The position numbers were made by a program, and so were the translations under genes. From Atractiella rhizophila (taxonomy: Eukaryota): DNA of 57,406 bases. This document shows, piece after piece, positions 1-12,504 of this stretch (its first letter is position 1; each line of letters opens with the position of its first letter). Location: positions 62,001 through 119,406 of the forward strand of contig MU271254.1 of NCBI GenBank assembly GCA_021432655.1, given 5' to 3'. The notes beneath the pieces were generated by a model. That model worked only from the letters and a program-made list of their open reading frames with translations, was not told the origin of the DNA and did no database searches.

Positions 1-814
1 TGGCGTAGATTTTCCGAGGGGTAGCAGCGATGATGCTATCATGGAGAGTAAGTTTAGGGATTCGGAGGTCTTTCGGCGGAGGTAAACCATTGAAAGAAGG
101 CAGAGAGGAGGTGGAACCTGGAGCGGAAGGTGTGATGAGAGGCGGAGCTGATGGAGGATTTGCGCGGGCGCTCTGAGCAGCAAAGGAGTGATTGTTCTCG
201 GAGACTATCTTCAGGGACTTCTCGAACACTTTCCACAACTTGATCGTTTTATCTACACACATGCCGGGTTTCTCTCATCCATGCTCCTTTATGTCAAGAG
301 GTTCGACTCACCGTTCGTACTCAATAAGAAATGGGCTCCACCCGCCCTTTTACACCACTTGATCTTGTTGATCTTCTCCTCGATTTCCAAGCTCTTTAAG
401 TAGTCAAACTCTGGCTCGTGCGATTGAAACTCTGTGTAGAACTTATATTCGCACGCCGCCTTTCTACGCGGAGCAGAGTCCGAGGAAGAAGAGGGTGCGG
501 TGGCCCGTTCGAAAAGTACGACGCGACCTCCCTTGTCACCGGTTGCGAGATAATCTCCTGTGTGATCGAACTGGAAAAGGAATGAGCAGAGATCGCGATC
601 TGAGTAGCAGACATCGAATACGAACCTCGACCGTGGAAATAATGTCGGCTTCTGTGATATCGTCGATGTCACCCTATGGGAGCTCATATCAACTCTTCTG
701 TTCTACCATACCCCGCGAGAGTAACAAGCGAAGCGATCGCACCTTGTCCCCAAAGCATTGTGCGAACTTCCATCCCACAGTTTCCGCATCAACAACAGAA
801 GGTGTAGCAGCCAT
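1..814 (-). CDS. CDC55: Protein phosphatase 2A regulatory subunit B55, 5' part (runs off the window)
   Basis: Spliced translation [62 protein letters not shown]...[25 protein letters not shown] matches B55/PR55 signatures; GT-AG introns at 674-742 and 571-625. Confidence 0.96.
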
Positions 815-1104
815 CCTTTGTTCCCTTGCAATTCAAATCCTGCTTCTCCTATTCTTCTGACGATATTGGACTTCAAACTGCTGCACGATCGAAGCGTATC
901 ACCTGTGTGATTCGCGTTTACGACTGTACAAGTGGTCGTTGTCTTGAGCAGCTGTGGTCATTATGCTCGGTCGGATTTCCCTCTTGATCTCGGGTGGCAG
1001 ATCCAAGATATCCATGCTCCAGGGTACAAGGCACGCTGCACACATTCTATTGGTTACAAGCACGAATTATAAAATTACATGTAAGTGGAAACGTCAAAGC
1101 GCCA

Positions 1105-2673
1105 TCAAGTCTGCTCCGAATTCCGCTGATTAGGAGGAGGGTCGTTGGATGGTCCAACAGGTAACCGGAATCGCCCTCGTTGGTTTGGCTTTTGGCTTGT
1201 GCCGGGGAACACCTCTTTCTGACAGATGGGACAGCGCCCAGAGACAGCAAGCCAAGGATCAAGACAGTCTTTATGGAATCTGCACCAAAGTCAGCTTGCA
1301 GATGGCCAGCAGCTGTAACTTACGTGTGCTTGCAATCTAAGAGACGGAGCGGTTCGTATTCCGTCGTTGCCTCGCTCACGGGCTCGTAATCAATTAGGCA
1401 TATCGAGCAGGTGGCCTAAACATGCATGAGAGAGAAGAATTTGATTTATAGCAAGTGACCAACATTATCCGTATGAATCTCGTGAAAAGGATACGGTGGA
1501 GATTCCACGCTTCCGTTTTCCAGATTTTTATCCGACGAAGGACGTCGCCGTTTTTTGCCCTGGAAAAACCGCATGAAGCGCATAGTCTTCTTATAGCTGG
1601 CCGTAGACGGCCCAACGGTGGAGTTGGAGGGGTGCAAGGAGTCTGTAGTGGGGGGATAAGCCAGCCTATCAGAGGAAGGTTGACCACCGTCCTCGAGTGT
1701 TTGCGAAGATGGGTCACGCATTGGTTTGTATAGGACGAGTGGAATCCTGGCCTAATGGGTCAGAATGGGACAGCGAACTGATTTCAAGGCTTACTTGTCG
1801 ATAAGGTCTTGTGTCAATGGCCCAACACTTGGCTTCTTCTCGTAAAGACCGAAGAAACGAATCCCGATCTGTAACAGTTGAGCTCGACAGCCAGAAGTGG
1901 ACAGAACGTACGATAATCAAAGGCAAGAAGAATATTACACCAAATGCGATCAAGGCGAGCTCTGCGATGTAGAGATAACCGAATAGCAAAGCAGTAAGGC
2001 TGGACCAAAATAGGGTGGGAGAAGTCTGGCGACATGTGTGTGAGCTGAAAAACCAGTAGTTTCCTAGTATTGCACGTCAATGCAGCTCGAAGATTATGCG
2101 ACAGGAACTAACCGATAAGAAAGATAATCAAGGCAGCCAGGGAGCACAAGTCTCCAAAGAACCGAATCCGCGAGTCTAATCGTTCATTCCCGATGATTCG
2201 AACAGGACTTGGGGTAAAATTATTATCGCTATTCCGCCTACAAAAGCATCAGCAACCTGCTCTATCCATCCACCATGAGCAATCACCTTGGCGGTGCCAG
2301 AGCCGTATACAACTTTAGAGGAAAGCTGATGGCCACTCTGCTAAGGTGAATGGCGAGAAAGGTTCGAAGTGGACGATCACAGTCCTGCTTGCTCGTGATC
2401 GCGAGCACGACGATGAAAGCTACGACCTTCGGACCCATTGCACGTCAGCTCATCGGCTGCTCAACACAACGCTGCACTCACTTGAGCAGTTGTAGCCAAG
2501 AATCTCGCAGCTAACGAAAACTTCTTGTTACGAGCCAGAGCGCCAACACCCAGCGCAATCCTCCCAACTGTTCGCCGTGTCGCTAATGCTTCCGAAAGAG
2601 CTCGATGGGCGGCGACTGCATCAGCGGCGATATCTTGCGTCGCGTTATTGGGTGCAGATTGGGCTGTACTCAT
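1105..2673 (-). CDS. Transmembrane RING-H2 E3 ubiquitin ligase (multi-exon)
   Basis: C-terminal exons read TCSICLIDYEP...LRLLDCKH/FHKDCLDPWLAVSGRCPICQK (C3H2C3). Hydrophobic segments (ALIAFGVIFFLPLII) lie upstream. Start MSTAQSAP at 2673 is tentative. Confidence 0.8.
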
Positions 2674-2901
2674 GTAGCAGATGGACTTGTTTCGAAGGTC
2701 TAAAGGATGATATGTCTGGAGATTCTTGACTCCCTCGTCCGTCACGGAGGCACAGGAGGTTAGTTGGCCAGAGTTGTCCCTTTCCAGCATCATCTGCATG
2801 CATCAACCTCTAGTTAATAGTCCAGCAGATAACTAACGGCTGCCTATTTTTTTTCTTCTCAGTTTCGACAGACCACCTTCGTCCAATTGTAAGTATACAG
2901 A

Positions 2902-3908
2902 ATGTCGGCGGTTCAAGCTGTGCCGGAGAGCATCTTGAAGAAGAGAAAGGCTAATGAGCAGACGAAGGAGGCCAAGTTGGCGAAGCTCTCGCAGCTGAAA
3001 AAGGTCTGTCTTTCTTTCGGAAACGGGGCGTTCTTTCGATGATGCACAAACAATATACCCAAATTTCGTAGTTTTCGATGATGAATCATTGACAAAAATA
3101 CCATCTTTCGGGACTGAGACCTGCCTTAAAATTCTATCGAGCTCTGAGCATATTGCTGACGAGTCCCGTATCAGGACCGAAAAGCCAAGCGCCAACTCAT
3201 CTTCAAGCGGGCTGAGTCCTACGTTAACGAGTACAGGAAGAAGGAAAGAGAGGAGATTCGCCTTCGCCGCGTCGCCAAAGCTTCTGGCGAATTTTACGTT
3301 CCTGCGGAGCCCAAAGTCTTCTTTGTGATCAGGCTTCGAGGTATCAATGAAATCGCTCCCAAACCCCGAAAAATCCTCCAACTCCTCCGTCTCCTCCAAA
3401 TCAACAATGGCGTCTTCATCAAGGTCACCAAAGCTACCGCGAACATGCTCCAGATGGTCGAGCCTTACGTTACCTACGGAGAGCCTAACCTCAAGACAGT
3501 TCGAGAGCTTGTTTACAAGAGGGGATACGGCAAGATCAACAAGCAGAGGATTCCCCTTTCGAGCAATCAGATCATTGAGGAGAACCTTGGGAAGTACGGC
3601 ATTATCTCGATCGAGGACGTCGTCCACGAGATCGCAACAGCGGGACCTCACTTCAAGCAGGTCAGTATTTCCTTGTTTGTAGTCTGAGACCTTGGTCGCT
3701 GAACTATTAGCACAGGTCTCCAACTTCCTCTGGCCCTTCAAGCTCAGCAACCCTAACGGCGGTTTCCGCACACGCAAGTTCAAGCACTACGTCGAAGGTG
3801 GAGATACTGGAGACCGACATCAATACATCAACAAGCTCGTCAGGTCCGTTTCCTTCTCATCTGCCCGCATCTTTTACTAATCTACTTTGGGGAAGGCAAA
3901 TGAACTAA
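2902..3908 (+). CDS. RPL7: 60S ribosomal protein L7 (uL30)
   Basis: [16 protein letters not shown].../[30 protein letters not shown]...[14 protein letters not shown]; introns at 3004-3174, 3661-3714 and 3844-3895. Confidence 0.97.
3073..3150 (+). ncRNA. Intronic box C/D snoRNA, snR39/snR39B/snR59-like (LSU rRNA 2'-O-methylation guide)
   Basis: Box C ATGATGA 3078-3084; guide ACCATCTTTCGGG 3100-3112, complementary to conserved LSU CCCGAAAGATGGT; box D' CTGA 3114-3117; box D CTGA 3144-3147. It sits in the unusually long (171 nt) RPL7 intron 1. Confidence 0.85.
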
Positions 3909-4340
3909 GTTGTTGTTGCTCCATTGCTCGCCCTTTCCTACCATGCCTGTCCCTTTACGCCGTTTCATGCATTATGAAATCAAGCTTTCTACATTCTCCC
4001 TGAGCAGATTAGTTCCTTGTTCAGTTCCAAGTCACAAATTCCGCTCCTGCTGTCAGTGGATATGCGGCCCGTTCTCCATCCATCAGCCACACCATTTATT
4101 GTGAGCCGTTACTGAGGCCTTCGGTGGAAGCCCAACCCCATTACATGATGCCAACAGAGAATGGAGAGAATGGGGAACCGAACCCCGAATTTTGGTTTGG
4201 GAGATTGAGATCATCTTCAAATAAAAAGCCGGCACGTTTGATGCGACCACGACGACTCCACCAATTCTCCCGGCTTTTCTCCAGTCCTGCGCCAGCCAAA
4301 AGTACAATGGTGGGCTATCTCCATTCCCCCAACGTTTCGT

Positions 4341-5846
4341 ATGGTTGACGTAGCCCTCTTCCAGCCTTCGCCTGCGCTCTCCAAGCTGCTCACGACGCCA
4401 TCGTTCAGTGGCTCAACGCCAGGCACCCCCAACAAACCTCCAGATGGCGAATCCGCTCCAATTGCTCCTAGCAGATTGCAGACGTCCACCATCGCCATCC
4501 CTGCCCCAGCTCATCATGAACCAGAGTCACCTTACCATCAACCTTTGTCCCCAATCCCAATGACGCCGGTGGATGCGCCAGTTGGGAGCACAAGGCGTAG
4601 AAAAGACTCATGTATGTGAGGTGAGAGGCTGGTGGTGGTTATTGGGTTCTTCTGTGTTTGCTGTTTGAGAGGTTGCGAGCAAATCGCACCTTGCTGCCAA
4701 CAGCTGAAGCTCTACATCATCAGTCGAAGCAGTCGTTGATTTGACTGTGGGAATTGAGTAATTGCTCCTGGGACTGGAGATATTTTGCTCCATCAGGCTA
4801 CTTCCTGAGAGAAGTCGCACCAAAATGGGACAACGGCATTTATCAGACTTCCGTGTTTGATTCAACCCTTTGTACAAGACTAGATCAAAAGCTGAGCCTG
4901 CTCAAGCAAACGTCGTTTCTCTGCAATCACTCAGGGCAGGTATCACGGCCATTATTACTTCCTTGTCCATGTTCATGCGGAATGACATGGTTGCAACGGC
5001 GCATATTGACACTACTTGAATGCAGATCTTGGCATAGGCCTCATCAAAAATTGGACGCCACCAGTCGTCACACCACCTACTACTCTAACTCCAGAGCCAC
5101 CAAAGGCGGCTCAACCGCTGACTATTATCGAATCTGCTAAACGCTTGGCCTCACGCATGGCGGTTGATAATCACATTCGCCCAGAACATCGAGTGATCGG
5201 AATAGGCAGTGGCAGCACGGTGCCCTACGTTGTGGAGTACATTCTCGAAAAGGGCGGGAATGAAAATCGATGGTTCATCCCCACGGGATTTCAGAGCAAA
5301 GAGCTTATTGTGAGGGGAGGCTTGAAATTAGGCGACGTTGGTGCGACAATGTCTTATTTTCCAACTGTCGACCATTCTAATGAGGCAATAGATCAATTTC
5401 CAACCATTGACGTCACAATAGATGTAGGACTTTCCTTTCACAAGGGGTGATTTATGCTGATGAGGTGTATAGGGAGCTGACGAGGTTGATGTACGTTTTG
5501 TGCTCACAAAGCAGGCTCTTGAATTCTGAATATTGACCTGTCCTGCAGCCCAAACTGAACGCCATCAAAGGTGGAGGTGCCTGCCATCTTCGTGAAAAGG
5601 TTCTCGCAGAAGCAGCAGATGAATTCGTAATTGTTGCAGACTATCGCAAGAATTCTCCAGTCCTCGGACGGAGCTGGCGCCAAGGAGTCCCTATCGAGGT
5701 CGCACCGTTCGCATACTCCAAAGTGCTCGGAAACATCCTGCGCATCCCTGGCGCACTCAAGCCCGTTCTGAGGATGGGCAAAGCCAAGGCTGGTCCTGTG
5801 GTCACGGACAACGGCAACTTTGTGATTGACGCACCGTTCGATGAAG
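4341..5846 (+). CDS. RKI1: Ribose-5-phosphate isomerase A with N-terminal extension; last exon falls in corrupted sequence
   Basis: IGIGSGSTV, IDGADEVD (split by introns), IKGGGACHLREK, PIEVAPF and GPVVTDNGNFVID are RpiA motifs. The 5' exons are tentative. Confidence 0.9.
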
Positions 5847-5869
5847 GTTCGTTTTACTTATCACTGTCA

Positions 5870-6235
5870 ACCCCAAAACTAAGAACGGCACAACCCAAAA
5901 GAAGGAACCCCAACAAACTTTGGGGAAAACGAAAAAGGTGAAAAGGGGAAGGGAAAGGGGACTGGTTTGGGGAAAGGCCAAAACCGCATAATTCGGGAAA
6001 GAAAAACGAAAGGGTAACGGAAGGCCCCCCGCCAACAACCCAAGCCCAACCAAAAAGAAAAAGAAAAAAAAACTTAAAAGAACAAGGAACCAAGGAAAAC
6101 AGCAACGCCAAAGGGAAAAGCAACCAAAGGGGGCCCCCAAGCGAAAAAAAGCCCAACCAACCGGCCCGTAAAGGGAACCCCTCACTGAACCCTGGGGCCC
6201 AAAGCCCAAAAAACGGGGAACCCCTTAAGGAATGC
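5870..6235. other. Low-quality, T-depleted homopolymer-rich tract, probably a base-calling artefact over the RKI1 last exon
   Basis: Abrupt switch to A/G/C runs. A garbled trace of the expected RpiA C-terminus (G-L-F-x-G-M-A-K-A-A-Y-F-G) is visible in ggactggtttggggaaaggccaaaaccgcataattcggg. Confidence 0.7.
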
Positions 6236-6333
6236 TTTGCTTGATTTGTATTCTAATAGGTTAGAAGTACTGGAGTGAGATAAGTAATGGAAATTGAGTG
6301 TATTTGTATCAAAGATGACATTGCAATGGACGC

Positions 6334-7413
6334 TTACACCAAACTGAGAGCGAGATACACGGAGGCAGTGACTGGTATCGACGTGAGAAAGGTGACCACG
6401 ACGAAGGCAGCCTTCGTTTTGAGACCGATTTTGTTGTCCATACATATGTAGATCAGAAATCCTGCGGTAGTCATCATAACGTCCCAAGAAATGCTCTGTA
6501 ATGCTGGATGTGATTGCGAAACGTTCCATTCTTGCTTCCATAGGCTGAGGAGTTCAAACGAAGCCAGACGTGCGCGCCAACCCTGCCATTTGGCGATGTC
6601 GCCTGTCCTCCGTAGATGTTGAATAGCCAGAAAGAACGCGGCTACATAATTGAAGAGCCGTAAGTCTTCAAGAAGAAACGTAACATGTGGAGTGAGAAGA
6701 AGGACCGGGAAGACCAAGAGGTGCATGACGAGAAGGTTGCGAAGAAAAGAGTCCGGAATGCTCGTTGGCGTAGTGTATACGAAGCCCAAGGCTGACCCGA
6801 TGCAAAGTGATTGCACCAAAAGTGCCCAGCTCGTGCTTGGTCGTTTCGGATCCTTCTCCCGAATTGGGGTAGAGGCGACCACGGCCAGGAAGAGTCCTGT
6901 TAAGGGATATGAGTTACATCCAGATGCTGTACACTCGCTCACCTTGAGCAAACGATATCGCAACCATTTGCCCCAGCAGCATGTATACCCAGACATTTGG
7001 TATTTTCCGTCTCTGAGCTGCTATAACCGTTAGTTCGAGATACGAATGCTAAACGAAACCTCACTCTCCGAACACAAAAACAGTGTGAAGGGGGCAACCG
7101 TGAAATAGCAAAGTTGCTGGCTAATCCACCATTGCTCCCTTCCGTCCAACACAAGCATCCATGCCTCCTTAAAAAGACTGGTATCCTTAAGCCATAGAGG
7201 CACAGATTGCGCTCCAGAGTTTTGATAAGACCAAACAAAGTAACGAGTCATATAAGTCCATGTCGAAAGCAGTGATAATGCTGCAATGAGCAGGAAAAAT
7301 TGAGATTTCTGGTTACTTCTGGCAGCAATTTTCAGCTGAGGGTAAATCAAAGCCAGAAGAATGAAAATAAGGACCAAATAGCCAGCTAGAGGCAGGACGT
7401 ATACCCACGCCAT
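6334..7413 (-). CDS. Uncharacterised multi-pass membrane protein
   Basis: Two long hydrophobic ORFs (7030-7413 and 6334-6996) joined by short GT-AG introns; no recognised motif. Confidence 0.7.
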
Positions 7414-7491
7414 TGTGGCTTCTTGTCTTCACTAAGCAGATCCCAATTTCAAATGCCATTGACAGCTACACAACGACGAAGAACAATAACA

Positions 7492-8529
7492 ATGGGAATA
7501 GTGGGCATTCTTGCATCTATAGGTATGGTACTTTCCTTTCAGCCTGTTATACTCACGGTTCAAAGGCATGGCCGTTGGTCCACCACTTGCATGTCTTCCG
7601 TTTCTCAGCGCACTCGTCCATTGACAAACGTCTGTCTGCAGGTTTACGTGTGAAGATTTCTCTCTTGCGAAGTCATTTACGCTGAAAGTGACTGCAGGGA
7701 CCAATACCTTTCCATTATCAGGAAAAAAAGTAGTGCTGGGTTTAGCGTAGATGTAAGTCCCTGCTCCATTCACTGTGGTGGGGCGTCAATGTGTTGAAGG
7801 TCTGTGGTGTCCTCCTCTTTGCCAATACCACCCGTATATTCTTCTGGCTGGGAGAAAGATTTGGTACGTTGCTATCTTGGAATCGAATTCCAGGGTTAAT
7901 TGGTCAATACAGAGTTACCCCTGTTGATTCAAAGCATTCTCATGATTATTGCACAATTGGCACTTCTCTGGGTTTGCGTTCGCTACAAACCATCATCAGA
8001 TTATGAAGCTCTATCAACATTGCCGACTGCTTCAGAACCAAGCGGCCTGGAACCGATGGTATCAAGGAAGTTTTGGAACTGGGACAATTACGGCACTTAT
8101 ATTGAGGCACTCGCAGCTTTCATAGCCTTCCAAAGCATGGCCTTTTTATTGCTCTATCGCTGGCGTACATACATAGAGATCTTGGGATTTGTAGCTCTAG
8201 GTGAAGGCTGCCGCTCAAACTGTCGTACTTTGTTCAGCTCACCCCATTTAGGCCTAGAATCGACGCTACCTCTTCCTCAATTAATCACCAACTTTCGCAG
8301 GAAGAGCCTTGAAGGCTTTCGCTGGACCGTTCTTGTTGGGTGGTTCGGGGGTGATTCCTTCAAATTACTTTACTTCCTATTGAAGAAAGCACCAGTCCAG
8401 TTCATTGCTTGTGGTGCTTTTCAGCTCAGTGTAGATATTCTCATTGGTAAGTCTTCTTATAATGACCAGATGCCAACATTGACGTAAAATGGTGCAGTTG
8501 GGCAAGCATTTTTGTATCGTAATAATTAA
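7492..8529 (+). CDS. PQ-loop repeat membrane protein (PQLC1/Any1-like)
   Basis: LESTLPLPQLITNFRRKSLEGFRWTVLVGWFGGDSFK second PQ loop and RIFFWLGERF; several short introns; alternative start at 7453. Confidence 0.82.
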
Positions 8530-8785
8530 CAAGTGGAATGCCACTACGTTCATATCACATTAGAGGCTCCATCAACTGTGTTACAGCTGCAGTTGATACC
8601 ACTGGACTGCAACTCTCTTTTAATCCGCCCGAATTAGGCAGAGATTATTTCGAGACAGGAATGAATGAAGCATTAAACGAACTATATCAACACAGCTATG
8701 ACAATGCACCCAAAAGAAAGATGGTTAAAGTTTCGAACGGCAATCAGGTCAACTCTAGTACACCTGTATGTCTACATTGAGATAT

Positions 8786-10416
8786 TTATGCCTGAGCATA
8801 CGTTCTACGCCATTTTTCGTCACACTTGACGAGGTAATAGGCCCCAGGCCAAATGTTGGAGATCTCGCCATCGGGCTCATAACCGCTAATGTTGTGCTTG
8901 TGCTCTCTCAACTGGAAAAAGGTTAACATCGTCATCTACAAGCTCGAGGAAGCAGGTGACGAACTTTGAGGGCAGCAACGTATTCTTCACAAGGCCTGAC
9001 ATCCATAGCTGCCAGCCTCTCCTTGACCTTCAGGTTCTCCTTAATTTTACTCGTGTCGCCGTCGACCCTAAGGGAGAAAAAGGAGCTCGTCAAGCCACTG
9101 CCGAAGCTGAAGAGTCCTACTCGTTTGCCACGGAGGTCCTCAGTCGATAAGGAGTCGACCAAAGAAGCCAAAGCGCCGTAGAGGGAACCAGTGTACATAT
9201 TGCCTAGACGGCTCTGAGTCTGGGTGGAAGGTCCAACTTTCTCTTTGAAAGTTCCTTTCGAAAGAGTAATGAATGCCTTCTCCACATCCTTATCTTTCAA
9301 TGTCTTCAATGCCGGGATGGACGCCCATTCAGGCTTCACGTTAGCAAACATGGGGTCTGTAGGGTTCGACAGGTAATCGTTGTAAATCTGCATCCTTTTG
9401 TCAACCAGACTCACTTTATGATCAAGAAAGGAGACTGACCATCCGAGCGAAACCTTTTTGTACCATCTTTCCGTACGGACTATGGAAGCAGACATAGTCG
9501 AATGAATCCTTCACTGAAACTGCCCTTCCTTCCCTCTTTTGCACCTTAGCTTTGTAGGTCTGGTACGCCTGATCCAAAGCACCGGTGTATGCTGAAAGAC
9601 TGAGAGGGCCGTCCACTTCGGGATACTCCGAAGCAAGGGCAGGCTTGTAGAAATCCCACACGTTCGCTATGTAGGTCGCTCGAGTAGCTTTGCCATTCTC
9701 TCAACATCTACTACCCTCATATCAAGCAGATGCGTACTGTCGAACACCAACGGCGCATCAGGGCCAATTAGCATGGCTGCAGCCCCAGCTCCTCCGGCAG
9801 GTCGCGCATTACCCTCAGCGTAAACGGCGATATCAGCAGCTACCACTATGGCGTATCTTCCGTCCCAGCTGCTACTCTCAACCCAATTGATAGCGTTGAA
9901 GAGAGCCGCGGTCCCACCGTAGCAAGCGCTCTTGGAGTCAATTCCTTCGATGTCGAAATTGCCAGACTCAGCAAAGAGGTCCATGAGTACCGTTTTGACT
10001 GATTTTGACTTATCAATTATGGTTTCAGTTCCGACGTCCAGGCGACCGATGGACTTTGGATCAATGTTGTATTTCTTGAGCAACGAAGATGTCACTGGGT
10101 CCGATGCATCAATTATGATTATTGAGCGCGGTGGCAAAAGCGTACCGCTGAGCGCAAAAGACTGAATGTCCTCTCTGTCGTCGCAGAAAGCCATGTGGTG
10201 AACATCCAAGCCGATGGTGTATTTTCCAGCAGCTACGCCGTCGAACTTTTCTAAAGCCTCTTCATCGATGCAGCGACGTGGGAAATACACCTCAATAGCG
10301 TCTGGGGTCCTTTCTCAGCTCCCCTCCAAAACCTAACAATGGGATTAATGATTGCATGAAAACTTACGAATTCCGACATTCTTTGCCCTGCCTTCAGCGT
10401 GACCGTTTGCTGCCAT
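8786..10416 (-). CDS. ERG13: Hydroxymethylglutaryl-CoA synthase
   Basis: [19 protein letters not shown], catalytic [21 protein letters not shown] and GNMYTGSLY motifs. Confidence 0.97.
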
Positions 10417-10723
10417 TTCTAACTAGTGTTGTGTGCTCTTTGGGGAACGCGTGGATTGATCGCAGGAGTGATGGTGGTTTTGGGGCAAACTGCAGAAGAG
10501 CGAAAGATCTTTTTATTAGCGCTAGAGTTGATCGCGTGTAAATACTCCGAGCCAAACAATCGGAGTCCCTGCACCTTTCAAATTGCAAGAATTCTTGACT
10601 CAAGTTTCTGATTGCACATTAACCTGTCCCAACTGTATATGCATTTCATGCCCTACTGAAAAGTATGTACACTGATTACAAATTGGCAGGTCTGGCAAGC
10701 TCCGCCAAATGTACCGTGAGACC

Positions 10724-12310
10724 TTAGCGAATCATACCGCCCATTGACATGGGATTCATCCCCATTGGATTCGCCATTCCGCCCATCTGGGGTATGCCCG
10801 CATTGAATCCCATGCCTATACCTCCCATTCCGGCCATCATTTGGAAAGAGGGACTTCCCATTATCAAAGAGATCATCTAATTCGAGGTCAGAGCCTGCAT
10901 CGAAAGAGGGAGGACCTTACCTCTTCGTTCGTCGGAATGTACCCCCATTGTTGTTTGCAAACCCTCGCGACTTTTTCCCAAGACTCCACCGTAGCTGCAT
11001 CAAAGTCGCTGAAGTCCAAATCGTTGTTCTTGTCCTTTTCGTTCACCCCTCCGTCCAACTTCGAGTCCTGATTCGGTTTTCCTGCAGAGGATGACTCCAG
11101 AGGAGGCGGGCTCCGGATTACGGGCTTGTCGACGGCTTCTCTCTCATGTCCTGGTCGTATCTCCCTTCCAAATTCGTCATAGACAGCGCCACCGTTTGCT
11201 GGCACACTAAGTGTGTCCGGAGTCTTTTCATTCGTTGGAGGACTGCGACGTCGCTCAGTAGACGGGCTCATACTTCTCCTCTTGGAAAGAGGGCTAGGCG
11301 AACGCCTGCGAGGAGGAGTGTCTGAGCGTATGGGGGAAGTCGCCTTTCTTCGTCGCTGAGGACTACGACTACGGCTGCGCTCACGCCAAGACGACGACTC
11401 CTTCCTTGTTGATCGACTGTCTCGACGCTCGCGGTCAGGCGAGCGACGCGGCGAATCCCGTCGAGACCGCCGCTCTTGATTCTGTCGCTGGGAAGTTTGC
11501 ACAGGATGTCTACAGTTACCTATGAGCATGGTCACCGAAGACTGGGAGAGCGCGAACCCAGCATTGTCTGAGCTCATGGCGTTGGCAATGATACTGTCTA
11601 CATCAGCTTCTGTCGACGCGGTGTACGCCGGTTTTTCTGTTCCATGACGTAAGTGTCAGAAAGAACCATTGAAGGGATATAAGGAAATAATTACCGGAGT
11701 CCTTGCGGTTACTGTTTTTCGACAGTTTATTGGATATTTGGTGGAGAACGTCCGCCTTGAAAGTGGAAGACTTGATCCATATGTCTAAAACCTTCTTAAC
11801 TTTTTCCTACGAGCTGGTACTCAATCCCCATTCACACAACAGACTGAGAAAGACACACCCGATGGGAAATCTCCCCATTTTCCCAATTTTCATCCAAGAT
11901 CCGTTCCAGTACAAACTCAAGCTTGTTCAAAAAGCTTTGAAAGGTCCCATTCTCACTGCTGCCCTTATTATTGGACCTTTTCGCTTGTGCTCTACTCTCT
12001 CGAGCAATGGCATCAATTAAATAAAGGGACGAGAGCTTTTGCGAAGGGGTTGCATTTCGATGAACTCTAAAAAGCGTAGATACCATATGCGCGTCATTCT
12101 GTCCAAAACTTGAGGCAGAGCGACAAACGGACGACAGAACGCACCTCTATGTTTTTCATGGCCAATGCGGTCACGCTTTTAACCTTTGAAGCAGACAGTC
12201 GACTCCCTTCTACCAAGTCTAGAACGGAATTATCGAACTCCTTTCCAGCTGCGTCAGTTCACATCGAACAACAAAGCAGTGAGAGCTACCTGTGAAAGAT
12301 TGTTAGCCAT
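10724..12310 (-). CDS. RNA Pol II CTD-interacting domain (CID) protein with RS-rich region
   Basis: N-terminal [19 protein letters not shown]...[13 protein letters not shown]...[11 protein letters not shown] (Nrd1/Seb1-type CID), then an RSRSRSP tract and a Met/Gly-rich tail. 3' end tentative. Confidence 0.78.
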
Positions 12311-12504
12311 CCTAACTTCTCCTATGTCGTGCTGCCTGTCCAACTTCTTGTCTTGTCGTCTGGTCGTCGAAGGAAAGTGGATCAGAATTAGCCCCCAAGG
12401 TCAACACGCTTCATGCTCTGCTTCTGCTTTCATAAGGTCACCAAGTCGAAGTTGCTGTGGCGTTCTGGTACCTAATACAGCATTCGCTTGCCAGAAATCC
12501 TACG

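Noticed and set aside
2833..3783. 316-aa minus-strand ORF
   Set aside because: Antisense shadow of the codon-biased RPL7 gene.
5802..6209. Phe-rich hydrophobic ORFs
   Set aside because: Translation of the low-quality A/G-run tract.
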